Source: Microcoleus sp.
GTDB taxonomy: Bacteria; Cyanobacteriota; Cyanobacteriia; Cyanobacteriales; Microcoleaceae
Direction: 5' to 3'
NCBI GenBank assembly: GCA_042408215.1
Contig: JAYFMW010000003.1
Location: 475,264 to 539,263 of the forward strand
DNA length: 64,000 bases
Positions 31,521-41,132 of this stretch are shown piece after piece. The notes beneath the pieces are model-generated. The model was not told the origin of the DNA, made no database searches, and was given only the letters and a program-made list of their open reading frames with translations. Numbering within the stretch: position 1 is the first letter of the stretch; each line of letters starts with the position of its first letter. The translations under genes were made by a program, and so were the position numbers.

Positions 31521-32123
31521 CATTGGTTGGTGTCAACAAACAGGTTAAATGCACTCACAGACTGCTGTTTAACCGTTAGATCTAGATCCCCCCTAGCCCC
31601 CCTTAAGAAGGGGGGGACTGGAAGTGGTCAAAGTCAACCCCTACTCCCCTTTTTCAGGGGGCGGAAGTGGTCAAAGTCAACCCCTACTCCCCTTTTTCAG
31701 GGGGCGGAAGTGGTCAAAGTCAACCCCTACTCCCCTTTTTCAGGGGGCGGAAGTGGTCAAAGTCAACCCCTACTCCCCTTTTTCAGGGGGCGGAAGTGGT
31801 CAAAGTCAACCCCTACTCCCCTTTTTCAGGGGGCGGAAGTGGTCAAAGTCAACCCCTACTCCCCTTTTTCAGGGGGCGGAAGTGGTCAAAGTCAACCCCT
31901 ACTCCCCTTTTTCAGGGGGCGGAAGTGGTCAAAGTCAACCCCTACTCCCCTTTTTCAGGGGGCGGAAGTGGTCAAAGTCAACCCCTACTCCCCTTTTTCA
32001 GGGGGGGACTGGAAGTGGTCAAAGTCAACCCCTACTCCCCTTTTTCAGGGGGATTTAGGGGGATCTCGACTCGGCTATAAGCGAGATTTATCAAAGTTTT
32101 TAGGCTGGTTGTTGACACCAATG
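31521..32123. mobile_element. CATTGG(T)GTCAAC-TIR MITE-like element with an internal 43-bp tandem expansion (10 units), inside a GTAG palindrome
   Basis: 9-bp duplication GCCCCCGTG at 31512-31520 and 32124-32132; unit GGAAGTGGTCAAAGTCAACCCCTACTCCCCTTTTTCAGGGGGC repeated over ~31620-32050. Confidence 0.85.
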
Positions 32124-32187
32124 GCCCCCGTGCCTACCCTGTATCCTCTGGGGCGATCGCAGGTGAATAGCCCCATTGACAAAACAC

Positions 32188-34320
32188 CTATCGCGTGAGT
32201 GTGATTTTAATCTCCTTCGTTGTCCACTCCTGACTCGGATCGAAAATTGCTGTTGCACGATAACCCGGAATTTCTGGTTGAGTATCAACATCAGCACCAA
32301 CCGCAGCCAGAAGTTGTCCAAGTGGATTCTCACCACGGGGTAGTGTTGCTGATTTTTGGTCGATTTCTTGATCGAGTGAGGGCAACTCCAGCCAACGAAA
32401 ATCATTCGGTTTGACCGTCGCAAAAACTTTCAAAGTTTCGGCGCCTTTGGAAGATTTTCCATGATCCGGGAGCTTGATTTGAAGCGGAATTAACATTTCT
32501 TGATTGGGATCGAATGGATAAAAAATCCCCTCTGGTATTTGGAGTTGAATGCGGGAAACCGCCCAGTTTGATTCGAGATCCAGCACAGCAACATTCAAAA
32601 CTTGAGAGTAAGTATTTTTAATTCGCAAGAATGCGTACTCACCAGATTTAACAACTAAATTAGTCGGGTCGGGAAATGGCTGCGGTTTTTTAGGCATCCC
32701 TGGTTGCCAGTTTGGTTGTGTGAGTAATTCCACCTCTAGCTTGTTGGTCAAATCAGAAAATTGATTGCTCAACTGTTGAATCGCCTGATATTTTACTAAA
32801 TGTACCAATCGTTTCACTACTTTTTGTGGAGCATCAGAATCCTCAATCTTTAACGCAGGTGTGAGGTTTTCGATCGGTGTACCAATGCAAATCTCATACT
32901 CCCCTTTTTGATTAACCGCAACTTGATAATCTTCCTTTTGTTGTGCATCCACCAGTTTCAACCAGCCATTTCCTGCCAGTGCTGCCTCGACTGCCTTCAA
33001 TGCAGCATCTTCCTGCTCCTTAATAGCTTGATTCAGTTGATTGTCTTTCTCACCAACCTCTTTTTTGAAAAGGCGTACTCCCCGTACCAAATCAACAGGG
33101 GCTGATAGCATCACTGCTTGAGAACCTTGATCAATCTTGTCCTGACGTAGCACTTCAATTACATCTGCCCAGGCATCAGAAGCACCAACTTTTGTAATCT
33201 CAACGATCGCCACTTGCTGGTTTTTCTGGGTAAAATCTGTCGTGCCAAACCCATAGATTGCGAAGCGATAACCTGGACTGAGACCGTTTTCCATCCCTGC
33301 ATCCAGCCGGACTTGTTTGGGGATTTTCTTCGGTTCTGAGCCTGCCTCAGTGACTTCTTCCTCAATTACTTCAAGCACATTCACAGCATATTGTAAAGAT
33401 CCGCGCTCAACTCCGAAGACAAAGCGATCGCTCTCGCCCACCAGCATTGGCATCTGCTGAGGGAACTTGCTTTGAATTTTCGCACTGATGCGATCGTGCA
33501 ATGTTTTGTACGTCAATCCTGAAGGGCTACTGGTTAAGGTATCAATCATCCAGTACGTCAGCGCCCCATGTCGCTCCTTACCACTCACCGTATACTCTAA
33601 GGCATACTCGCTAGGACGACAAGCAGCTAGCAATACATAATCTTTAGATTGAGGCAGCCAGTGCCCAGGGGTAATACTTGCAGCCGTTTCATCAGTCAGA
33701 GTCTGCCAGTTTTCGATCAGCTCTTGTCGCGAAGCCACCAAGCTTTCCGAGTCTCGGGGTGCTGTGTCGATTTCTCCAATTCCTCGAATTGCAACATCGT
33801 CGCCACGAGTTGCTTCTCCAGAGTGACAGCTATCCATAATAACTGTGACAATCAACCCTTTGTCCGTCATCCGCTTCAACAGTGTCGCCAATTCCACATC
33901 GCGCAGGTAGCGCCCTCCTTCATTGCCAACATCCATTGGTACAATACCTTCATCAGGTTGGTCATTCCCCTTCAGTTCTGGATAGATGGTTGTCATCCGT
34001 CCTCCATGTCCAGAATAGTGAATGTAAACCTGCTCTCCTGGTTGAGCTATTTCTGTAATGGCATGAAACTGCGCCACAATGTTTTCATAAGTGGGTTCTG
34101 GGTATTTGGTTGCGATCGTTTCAGCGACTTCAGGATTCGGAGAAGTCAGCTTGAAAATCTTTTCAGAAGGAATCTTCAGTGTCTCTAAGAGGTAGCTTGC
34201 TACAAGATTGATGTCACCAAAGCATCCTTTAAGATTCTTGTACAACCGATTCGGCTGATAGCCGTCAATGCCAATTAATAAAGCGTAAATGTTCGGTGTT
34301 TGTTCAGATTTGTCAGTCAT
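32188..34320 (-). CDS. Caspase-family (peptidase C14) protease with long C-terminal region
   Basis: IYALLIGIDGY, LKGCFGD, HYSGHG (His), IMDSCHSG (Cys), LLAACRPSEYA, HGALTY; likely start ATG 34320. Confidence 0.92.
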   Translation of the reverse strand: MTDKSEQTPNIYALLIGIDGYQPNRLYKNLKGCFGDINLVASYLLETLKIPSEKIFKLTSPNPEVAETIATKYPEPTYENIVAQFHAITEIAQPGEQVYIHYSGHGGRMTTIYPELKGNDQPDEGIVPMDVGNEGGRYLRDVELATLLKRMTDKGLIVTVIMDSCHSGEATRGDDVAIRGIGEIDTAPRDSESLVASRQELIENWQTLTDETAASITPGHWLPQSKDYVLLAACRPSEYALEYTVSGKERHGALTYWMIDTLTSSPSGLTYKTLHDRISAKIQSKFPQQMPMLVGESDRFVFGVERGSLQYAVNVLEVIEEEVTEAGSEPKKIPKQVRLDAGMENGLSPGYRFAIYGFGTTDFTQKNQQVAIVEITKVGASDAWADVIEVLRQDKIDQGSQAVMLSAPVDLVRGVRLFKKEVGEKDNQLNQAIKEQEDAALKAVEAALAGNGWLKLVDAQQKEDYQVAVNQKGEYEICIGTPIENLTPALKIEDSDAPQKVVKRLVHLVKYQAIQQLSNQFSDLTNKLEVELLTQPNWQPGMPKKPQPFPDPTNLVVKSGEYAFLRIKNTYSQVLNVAVLDLESNWAVSRIQLQIPEGIFYPFDPNQEMLIPLQIKLPDHGKSSKGAETLKVFATVKPNDFRWLELPSLDQEIDQKSATLPRGENPLGQLLAAVGADVDTQPEIPGYRATAIFDPSQEWTTKEIKITLTR

Positions 34321-34372
34321 TTTTAATTCATTGCTCCAGTGTCTTTTATCGGGTAGGGACACTCCAAAAGCC

Positions 34373-34814
34373 CATAGGTGTCAACTTAAGGTCAAACCCA
34401 GTCAGAGACTGTTGTTTGACTATTAAATCTAGATCCCCCCGCATTCTTGCCCCCTACTCAACCCCTACTCCCCTTAAGAAGGGGGGGACAAGAGTCTTCT
34501 CAAAGTCCCCCTTCTTAAGGGGGATTTAGGGGGATCTAGACTTAGGTAAAAACCAGATTTCTCAGGGCTTTCAGGCTTAAGTTGACACCAATGGGCAGTG
34601 CCCATTAGTGTCAACTTAAGCTCAAACCTAGTCACAGATTGCTGTTTGACTATTAAATCTAGATCCCCCCGCATTCTTGCCCCCTACTCCCCCTTAAGAA
34701 GGGGGGGATAAGAGTCCGATCAAAGTCCCCCTTCTTAAGGGGGATTTAGGGGGATCTAGACTTCGCCTAAAAGCGACATTTATTATGGGTTTTAGGCTTA
34801 AGTTGACACCAATG
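34373..34814. mobile_element. Two tandem copies of the CATTGGTGTCAACTTAA-TIR MITE inside a GTAGGGACAC...GTGTCCCTAC palindrome
   Basis: Copy 1 at 34373-34593, 9-bp spacer GGCAGTGCC, copy 2 at 34603-34814. Confidence 0.82.
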
Positions 34815-34853
34815 GGTCCGGCGCCGTGTCCCTACAGATCGATCGCGAATACA

Positions 34854-35756
34854 TCAAGCCATTTGTGCGCGGGTTTTGACAGCGACAATTCCGTCTGGCT
34901 TCAACCCCTTTTTCTGCTGAAATTCCTTGACGGCTTTATCTGTTGCCGGCCCAAATTCACCATCAGCCCCAACTGCAACGCCAGCCTTTTTCAAGCCTTC
35001 CTGAAGCTTGAGGACATCCGAGCCTTCCATTCTGGGCATCGCTAAGCGCAACGTTCTGGGTTTGTTATCCCACGGCGCTTTAGGAAACCCTGGAGCCGGA
35101 GAGCGATTAAGTGCACCCTCGGTTTGCGGGCCAAAGCCGCCATCCTCGCTAATCTTTGCATTAGGATTGTTCTGATTCCAAAGCTGCTGAAATGCGAGTA
35201 TTGATGTACTGCGAAGATCGATCGTGCCCCCGCCTTGGTAGTCGAAGTGAGGTGGATCGTTCGGTAATGGATTCCAGCCATACCGCATTAAATAAGGTTC
35301 CCAGCCTAGGGCATCTTCAATGTCGATCGCTAACCCAGTTTGGTGGTTGCTGGTTCCTGGTGCAGCTACAGGATTAGAGTTGTTGAAGCGATCGTTATAC
35401 AGCAACATTTGTTGGGCGATCGTGCGGTAAGCAGAGTTCACCTGCATCGTTTGACCTCGATCTTGAATCGCTCTCTGGAGTGCCTGTTTTGCAGGGGCTT
35501 GTACATAGGGAAAGGCTGCATCCAGCAAGTCTACATTCAGGTCATCAAAACTGACAAAAGCATCTGGCATCATCAGTTGCATTTGATAAATTAACTGCTG
35601 GGATAAGCCATTGACCACCGCAGTCGAAGACATGGGTGCATCTCGGAGCAATCCGGGGAAACTGCCTTTAATTTCCAACATATCCCGTTGGACAAATTCT
35701 GCACAGGCTTCGACAATTACAGGTTGATTAAATAGAATATCGCTTGAGTCAGTCAT
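34854..35756 (-). CDS. M15-like zinc peptidase (peptidoglycan hydrolase) with C-terminal peptidoglycan-binding domains
   Basis: VNSAYRTIAQQ, SNHQTGLAID (H-x6-D), DPPH; PG_binding_1-like DGEFGPATDKAVKEFQQKKGLKPDGIV. Confidence 0.85.
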   Translation of the reverse strand: MTDSSDILFNQPVIVEACAEFVQRDMLEIKGSFPGLLRDAPMSSTAVVNGLSQQLIYQMQLMMPDAFVSFDDLNVDLLDAAFPYVQAPAKQALQRAIQDRGQTMQVNSAYRTIAQQMLLYNDRFNNSNPVAAPGTSNHQTGLAIDIEDALGWEPYLMRYGWNPLPNDPPHFDYQGGGTIDLRSTSILAFQQLWNQNNPNAKISEDGGFGPQTEGALNRSPAPGFPKAPWDNKPRTLRLAMPRMEGSDVLKLQEGLKKAGVAVGADGEFGPATDKAVKEFQQKKGLKPDGIVAVKTRAQMA

Positions 35757-35895
35757 GGTTTTCTCCAATTAGTTTGAATTTGGTCATTCCTGGATTCACA
35801 AACTCTATCTCTAGGGCGATGCACACCGCACCTTACCCCCACAGATCTTGTAACAATTGCTTGATTGCGTAATTTAAATTGTTACAAAATCGATT

Positions 35896-36801
35896 TTATA
35901 GTCCCAATTTTTTGAGAGTTTGGGCCCCGACAACACCATCCGCCGTTAGCCCTTTTTGCTTTTGAAAAAGCCGCACAGCACTATCGGTGTCTTTGCCAAA
36001 GAATCCATCTGGTTCGATATTGATTCCTGCTGTTTTCAAAGCTTCTTGTACTTGACGAACATCCTCACCTTGCATCATGGGTTCGGTGAGTTTCAAAGTG
36101 CGAGGTGCTTCTGAGATTGTTTCACCTGTTACTTCTTTGCCTGTTCCTTCATAGGTTAAGAATGACTGCCAGGGTTTTCCCAAAAACAGTGCTCGTTCAG
36201 CCAATCGTCGGCGTGTCAGCCCTAGCCAGGGTTGACCATTTACCTTATTCCACACAGGAAACTGATTGGCTGCTCCTTGATAATCTCCGTTGTTCAACAG
36301 CTTCAGAAGAGTTGAACCTCCAAAACCTTTTCTTCCTGGGCCGACGTTGAAGCAGAAACAAACCAGTGCAGAAAACTGATTGTCATTGAGCTGAAATTCA
36401 ACCGCATCCTCAACATAGGATTCAAATTTTTCTAAATCTCCGCTCAGCAATTCTTCTGCTTGCGTTTGGCTAATGGTCATTCCTGGAAACACATCATTAC
36501 CAGTGTGTCCGTAACCAATTGTCAAAACTCCACCGCCATCATCATAGGCAGTTAGTACACATCCTTCAAAGGTAGTTAGAAGCTTGAAACCTGCTTGATT
36601 GATGTGTCTTGAACCTCTGCGTCCTGCTACATCAGGCGGTTGTTTGTCTGGAGGAGCAATGTTGTATGTTTTAGCCACGCTGAACCGTAAAGCATCAATT
36701 AATGTCTCTATGTCTCCATTAGTTTCGGTAACTTTAACGGCTTGGTCGTTCTCAATTTCGTAGACGCGGCCATCGCCGAAGAGTTCAACTGATCTTGGCA
36801 T
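35896..36801 (-). CDS. GH24 (phage-type) lysozyme with N-terminal extension and C-terminal peptidoglycan-binding domain
   Basis: FEGCVLTAYDDGGGVLTIGYGHT (E-x8-D-x5-T), QFSALVCFCFNVG, GLTRRRLAE; DGFFGKDTDSAVRLFQKQKGLTADGVVG; likely start ATG 36801. Confidence 0.9.
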   Translation of the reverse strand: MPRSVELFGDGRVYEIENDQAVKVTETNGDIETLIDALRFSVAKTYNIAPPDKQPPDVAGRRGSRHINQAGFKLLTTFEGCVLTAYDDGGGVLTIGYGHTGNDVFPGMTISQTQAEELLSGDLEKFESYVEDAVEFQLNDNQFSALVCFCFNVGPGRKGFGGSTLLKLLNNGDYQGAANQFPVWNKVNGQPWLGLTRRRLAERALFLGKPWQSFLTYEGTGKEVTGETISEAPRTLKLTEPMMQGEDVRQVQEALKTAGINIEPDGFFGKDTDSAVRLFQKQKGLTADGVVGAQTLKKLGL

Positions 36802-37103
36802 TTTAGTGTATCCTTTTTGGGAGGTAGATTCGGTCAAAAAAAGCATCCTGAGTATCTCGATGGTGCGTGCGGAGCGTCGCACTGCCCTTCGACGGACGTT
36901 TATGCTGACCGCGTAGTCGAAGTGCTCAGGAACCGCGTCAGCCGAAGGTGTCGACACCGCCATCGAAAGTCTTTCTCTGACGAGTGCTTTTGCTGATTAC
37001 GTCTATTCCGGTATTCCAGAGTAAGTTCCGGAATGTTCGCGAATCTTTACAAAAATTCATCCGCCAAGGCGATCGGCTTACCTAATCTCTCGGCTTCGCG
37101 CAA

Positions 37104-37564
37104 TCAAGGAATGCGAATAATTTGCTCATCAACCCAAAACTTACCCGGTTTTTGCACTTCTCCTTCATCAGTCATCAACAGAGGAGTGCCATCTCGTTTT
37201 TCATGGCCATTTCCGCTGGCAAATTCCAAAGCAATTAAAGGTGCTAAATGTTCTCGCCACAGCACGTAAGAACGGCGATATTTTCCCTGTTATGTGCTGA
37301 AACATTCGGCGCGTAGAACCAGTCAGGAGCTTCTGCCCCTTTTTCCGGTGGCTCAGTTTATCGCCAATAAATGCCAGAATCTTGTCCGATGCAGTAGCGT
37401 CCGTCGGGATGTCGCTGTTGCAAAACAGGCCCGATCGAATCGGTGAGAATTATGCTTTGAGGATGCTCCTGAAAATTTTTCACGAAAGTACCGTCAGACT
37501 CAGGAAGTTGTGTATGATCTGGGAATGCGGGGGGCAGATCTATATCAATTAATGTTTCCGACAT
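37104..37564 (-). pseudogene. Uma2 family endonuclease pseudogene
   Basis: PDHTQLPESDGTFVKNFQEHPQS...GQDSGIYWR* continues as TEPPEKGAEAPDWFY, then frameshifts to RRSYVLWREHLAPLIALEFASG...KPGKFWV and is truncated. Confidence 0.82.
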
Positions 37565-37633
37565 AATTTGATGGCGATCGGAGCTATTGTTAGTTATTTG
37601 ATCATATAGTTGAAGGAACAAGAAAGATTAACC

Positions 37634-38248
37634 CTACAATTCATAACTCTCCTCACCCATACTTCCCAGTTCCCCGCTACCCAGAAACTCTTCCTCCTCT
37701 ACTTCCTCATTAACAGAGTCGAAACTTTCCACCACAAACGGCAAACCAGCAGCCATCAAACCGCGTTGAATGCGATCGTCCGTTTCATCAAACAACACAA
37801 ATAAAGGATGAATAGCCTCAGCTTTATCGCTGAAAATATGCCTGTAACGATGCGGCATCACCCACTCATAATCTTTATCCAGCCAAACCTGACACTGCCG
37901 CCAGCGACCGAGTAACTCAGAAAACTCCTCACCGGGGCGATGAATAAAAATCAAAATTTCCACCCCAATTTTAACTTTCCATTCAGGATCGCACATCAAA
38001 ATCGCCAAATCACAGGGTAAACAAACTGCTTGTCCCGGCGATATACTAGCGCCACTGCTTCGCGCATAGGAAACCCCCTCCCGCAGCCGCACAATTGGCA
38101 AAGGAATCGTAATTAAACTCTCGTTAGCACGGCGGATACTCGGAATCATTTCCATGTAAATCCGATACTTCTTCAGCAGCGCGATCGCGGCAGAAGATTC
38201 GCTGTATTGTGCTAGTAAAGCTTCGTAATGTGATTTTTTAACCGACAT
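37634..38248 (-). CDS. Conserved cyanobacterial hypothetical protein downstream of pilC
   Basis: Long ORF with MIPSIRR...LPCDLAILMCDPEWK...FIHRP and an acidic tail. Confidence 0.75.
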   Translation of the reverse strand: MSVKKSHYEALLAQYSESSAAIALLKKYRIYMEMIPSIRRANESLITIPLPIVRLREGVSYARSSGASISPGQAVCLPCDLAILMCDPEWKVKIGVEILIFIHRPGEEFSELLGRWRQCQVWLDKDYEWVMPHRYRHIFSDKAEAIHPLFVLFDETDDRIQRGLMAAGLPFVVESFDSVNEEVEEEEFLGSGELGSMGEESYEL

Positions 38249-38456
38249 TTTCAATCAAGTAATAGGTAATAGGTAATAGGTAATAGGTAATAGGTAATAG
38301 GTACAGTCCTGGACGCACAGACAACGTAATTGTGTCATTGTTCACTGTGTGTCGCAATCTCAAAGCCTTGTTACACCGTTACAATGCGTCCAGGACTGAG
38401 GTAATAGGTAACAGTCAACAGTCAACTGCCAACAGTCAACTGCCAACTGCCAACTG

Positions 38457-38601
38457 ATACCAGTTTTTTATGAGGCTGCATAGAATCTGATCCCCCCTAA
38501 CCCCCCTTAATAAGGGGGGAACAAGATTCTGCTCAAAGTCCCCCTTATTAAGGGGGATTTAGGGGGATCGAGATATATGCAACGACCCATTAAATTGGTA
38601 T
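38457..38601. mobile_element. ATACCAATTT-ended MITE-like repeat (inverted relative to the 25.2-kb array)
   Basis: Near-identical reverse complement of 25640-25785. Confidence 0.8.
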
Positions 38602-38610
38602 GACTGTTTT

Positions 38611-39738
38611 TTACATCTTTTGAAACACTGCGAACATCGGCAGATACATAGACAGCAAAATCGAACCTACGATACCACCTACCACCACAATCATCAGTGG
38701 CTCTAGCATACTCGTGAGTCCTTTTACAGCCTCTTCCACCTCAGTTTCGTAGAAAGCGCCAACTTTCACCAGCATCTTGTCAAGTTCCCCAGTTTCTTCG
38801 CCAATTGCGATCATTTGAATTGCCAAAGAAGGGAAAACTTTCTGTTCTTGCAAAGCAATACTGATCATGCCGCCGCCTTGAATTTCATTCCTTGCATATT
38901 CGATCGCATTTGAGATGGCCTGATTCCCGGCCACATCTCGCACAATTTCCAAAGAGTTGAGAATCGGCACTCCCGATCGCGTCAGGGACCCAAATATCAC
39001 ACAAAATCGAGCCACAGCCGATTTTTCCAGCAAATCTCCAAAAATCGGCGCCTTCATCATCATCCTATCAACTTGCAGGTGACCTACTGGAGTTTTGTAG
39101 TACATCCCGAATCCAATATTTAGCGCTATAATCACCCCAATAGTTGTCACCTGTTGGATGGGAGGCCAAGCCACACAAAATGCACTAATTGCCAACATAA
39201 ACACCGTAAAAGCCGGCAAATCTGCACCAATATCCTTAAAAATTTTCGCAAAAGTTGGTAGCAGAAATATCGTCATTGCGAAAAAAATCACGATCGCGAT
39301 CGAAAACACAGTCTTCGGATAAGACATCGCCGAATTAATTTCAGCCGACGTCTTATGATTTTTTTCCATCATTACCGCCAGACGGTCTAGGGATTCATCT
39401 AGCACACCCCCGACTTCTCCCGCTGCCACCATACTGATAAACAGTTGGTCAAAAACATCAGGAAACTTCGCCATCGATTCTGCCAAGTTGATCCCCTCTT
39501 GTACGTCAGCATTCATGCTCCTGATCGCTCGTTTCAACTTAGGATTAGAACACTGTTCCTGCAACACAGAAAGACATCTAACGATGGCAACCCCTGCATT
39601 AAACATCGCCGAAAACTGACGAGCAAAAATCGCTAAATCTTTAATGGTAACACTGCTAAAATTGTACTCTATTTCCTCCTGAATTTTCTCAAGACTAAAG
39701 CTGCCTTTAGACTTTTGACCGATCGCATTAGTAGCCAT
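38611..39738 (-). CDS. pilC: Type IV pilus inner-membrane platform protein (GspF family)
   Basis: KDLAIFARQFSAM, AGEVGGVLD, IGEETGELDKML; follows pilT. Confidence 0.95.
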   Translation of the reverse strand: MATNAIGQKSKGSFSLEKIQEEIEYNFSSVTIKDLAIFARQFSAMFNAGVAIVRCLSVLQEQCSNPKLKRAIRSMNADVQEGINLAESMAKFPDVFDQLFISMVAAGEVGGVLDESLDRLAVMMEKNHKTSAEINSAMSYPKTVFSIAIVIFFAMTIFLLPTFAKIFKDIGADLPAFTVFMLAISAFCVAWPPIQQVTTIGVIIALNIGFGMYYKTPVGHLQVDRMMMKAPIFGDLLEKSAVARFCVIFGSLTRSGVPILNSLEIVRDVAGNQAISNAIEYARNEIQGGGMISIALQEQKVFPSLAIQMIAIGEETGELDKMLVKVGAFYETEVEEAVKGLTSMLEPLMIVVVGGIVGSILLSMYLPMFAVFQKM

Positions 39739-39917
39739 ATATTGCCTCTAGAAAATTATGTTGTTTTAGGTGTTATTAGTTATTAGTTATTAGTGACTTT
39801 TTGGTGGTTTGTTCGTAGTTTTTAGCTCTGGGTTTTTGGGAGATTGTTACTAATAACTAATAACCGACAACCAAGAACGAATAACCAATAACCAATAACC
39901 AATAACTAATGACTGAA

Positions 39918-41012
39918 TTAATGACCCCCTGTCTTGGTGCCAGCGGGTGCCGGGCCGATCAAGCGTTCGAGTTCATCTGGCTTAGATGCCTTGGCCATTC
40001 CCGATTCCCAAGTGATTTTACCAGCCTTGTAAAGATCAGATAAAGCCATTTCCATTGTCCTCATGCCCAACTTCGCCCCCATTTGGATTTGGGAGTAAAT
40101 CATTGGAGTTTTCCCCTCCCGGATCAAGTTAGACATAGCAGGAGTATTCAGCATAATTTCCATAGCACAGCAACGGCCGCCGCCAACTTTCACCACCAAA
40201 TTTTGGCTGGCTATTCCCACCAAAGAGTTAGACACCTGGGCGCGAACCTGGGGTTGTTGAATGGGCGGGAACACGTCCAAAATCCGATCGATCGTTGCAG
40301 CCGCAGAATTAGTGTGCAGCGTTCCCATTACCATGTGACCCGTTTCCGCCGCCGAAATTGCCAGACCGATGGTTTCCAAGTCGCGCATTTCCCCCACCAG
40401 AATCACGTCAGGATCTTCCCGCAGAGCAGCCTTCAGCGCATTAGAAAAGCTCTTAGTATCTTCGCCCTTTTGACGCTGGTGAAACAAACTCTTAACATTG
40501 GGAAACACATATTCGATCGGGTCTTCAACTGTCAGAATGTGTTCCGCCCGCGTCCGGTTGACCAGATCCAACAAAGCCGCCATCGTGGTAGTTTTCCCGG
40601 AACCCGTTTGTCCCGTCACCAACAGCATACCTCTGGGTCTTTCCGTCAGATCCCGCAAAATCTGCGGCACGCCTAAAGCATCTGCGTTCGGAATCTTAGA
40701 AGCCAGAGCCCGCATACAAGCAGCCCAAGTACCCCGTTCCCGGTAAACGTTCACCCGGAACCGAGCCAACCCCTTCACCCCGTAAGCGCAGTCGAGTTCC
40801 CACTCCATCTCCAATTGCTTGCGCTGCATATTGTTGAGCATTTGGAAAATCAGGATCTGCACCTCCTCGGAAGACAGGATTTCGCCGAATTGTGGCTGAG
40901 GAGTGAGTTTACCGCTAATTCGGAAGAAAATAGACGCGCCCGCTTGGATGTGTATGTCTGAACCCCCTTTCTCTACCAGACACTCCAGTACGTCTTCAAT
41001 CATCAGACCCAT
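39918..41012 (-). CDS. pilT: Type IV pilus retraction ATPase
   Basis: GQTGSGKTTT, TVEDPIE, ALREDPDVILVGEMRD, GTLHTNSA, SNLIREGK. Confidence 0.96.
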   Translation of the reverse strand: MGLMIEDVLECLVEKGGSDIHIQAGASIFFRISGKLTPQPQFGEILSSEEVQILIFQMLNNMQRKQLEMEWELDCAYGVKGLARFRVNVYRERGTWAACMRALASKIPNADALGVPQILRDLTERPRGMLLVTGQTGSGKTTTMAALLDLVNRTRAEHILTVEDPIEYVFPNVKSLFHQRQKGEDTKSFSNALKAALREDPDVILVGEMRDLETIGLAISAAETGHMVMGTLHTNSAAATIDRILDVFPPIQQPQVRAQVSNSLVGIASQNLVVKVGGGRCCAMEIMLNTPAMSNLIREGKTPMIYSQIQMGAKLGMRTMEMALSDLYKAGKITWESGMAKASKPDELERLIGPAPAGTKTGGH

Positions 41013-41132
41013 AGATATTTCTCCCTAATCAAGTTGATAGTTGATAGTTATTGATCAATTTAACCCAGTTAACAGTTAACAGTTGACAATTAACGGTTAA
41101 CTGTTAACCCTTGACTGTTTTTTGCTGCTGAA

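Noticed and set aside
31620..32050. Possible CRISPR array (43-bp period)
   Set aside because: Units are contiguous and identical with no unique spacers, and there are no cas genes; it is a tandem expansion inside a MITE. The three overlapping ORFs there are repeat artefacts.
34854..36801. Prophage lysis cassette
   Set aside because: No holin, spanin, structural or integrase genes nearby
36802..36963. N-terminal extension of the lysozyme ORF
   Set aside because: Overlaps a dispersed CTTCGAC...GCGTAGTCGAAG repeat; ATG 36801 with an upstream AAAGGA is the more plausible start
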